The notes below the pieces were generated by a model, which was not told the DNA's origin, ran no database searches, and saw only the letters and a list, made by a program, of their open reading frames with translations. From assembly GCF_000143415.4 (NCBI RefSeq), contig NW_003314344.1, positions 683,737-747,736 of the forward strand: a stretch of 64,000 nt of DNA, given 5' to 3'. A program made the translations under genes and the position numbers. Shown one piece after another: positions 63,895 through 64,000 of this stretch (the stretch's first letter is position 1; each line of letters opens with the position of its first letter). This DNA is from Selaginella moellendorffii (lineage: Eukaryota > Plantae > Lycopodiophyta).

Positions 63895-64000
63895 TGGCCT
63901 AACAGTGAGTAAATATTTTTGCGAGAAGACCTTATCAGCAGGCCAGGTCTGAGGTTCGATACTGGCCAAAAACACACAATGCTAACGGCGATGAAATTTC

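Overview
Eukaryotic plant genomic DNA. The very short (~50-70 bp) GT-AG introns, the compact gene block and the gene content suggest an early-diverging land plant such as the lycophyte Selaginella; this is an inference. The right third (47.7-64 kb) is gene-dense: a damaged DUF26 receptor kinase, an RCC1-repeat protein, a divergent histone H2B, an insulysin M16A peptidase, a WWE+PARP-like protein, a BRCT protein and GSA aminomutase. The left ~46 kb is nested transposon DNA: Gypsy, Copia, Sola-like and Harbinger remnants, a tandem gag-only LTR element, a MITE and a Crinkler/RHS-like NTPase-nuclease gene. The main finding is a family of Mutator-like DNA transposons present three times: 10314-22832 (9-bp TSD CCTATATTG), 22847-32027, and a partial copy ending at 3885. 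In the two complete elements a GCM-like/DDE/SWIM transposase is transcribed divergently from an intron-containing gene encoding a ParB/Srx-like domain (DGNHR) fused to a prokaryotic-type beta-class amino-(N6A/N4C) DNA-methyltransferase-like domain with an atypical motif IV (D[LM][PS]DG). The partial copy shows only this second gene. Palindromic tandem arrays sharing a CCTTGGCRCT half-site lie at the 5' end of this gene in both complete elements. The best-preserved copy also carries three small SGS3 zf-XS-like zinc-finger genes. Together these suggest a transposon-encoded epigenetic or anti-silencing system. Domain calls come from motif recognition by eye; no database searches were run.
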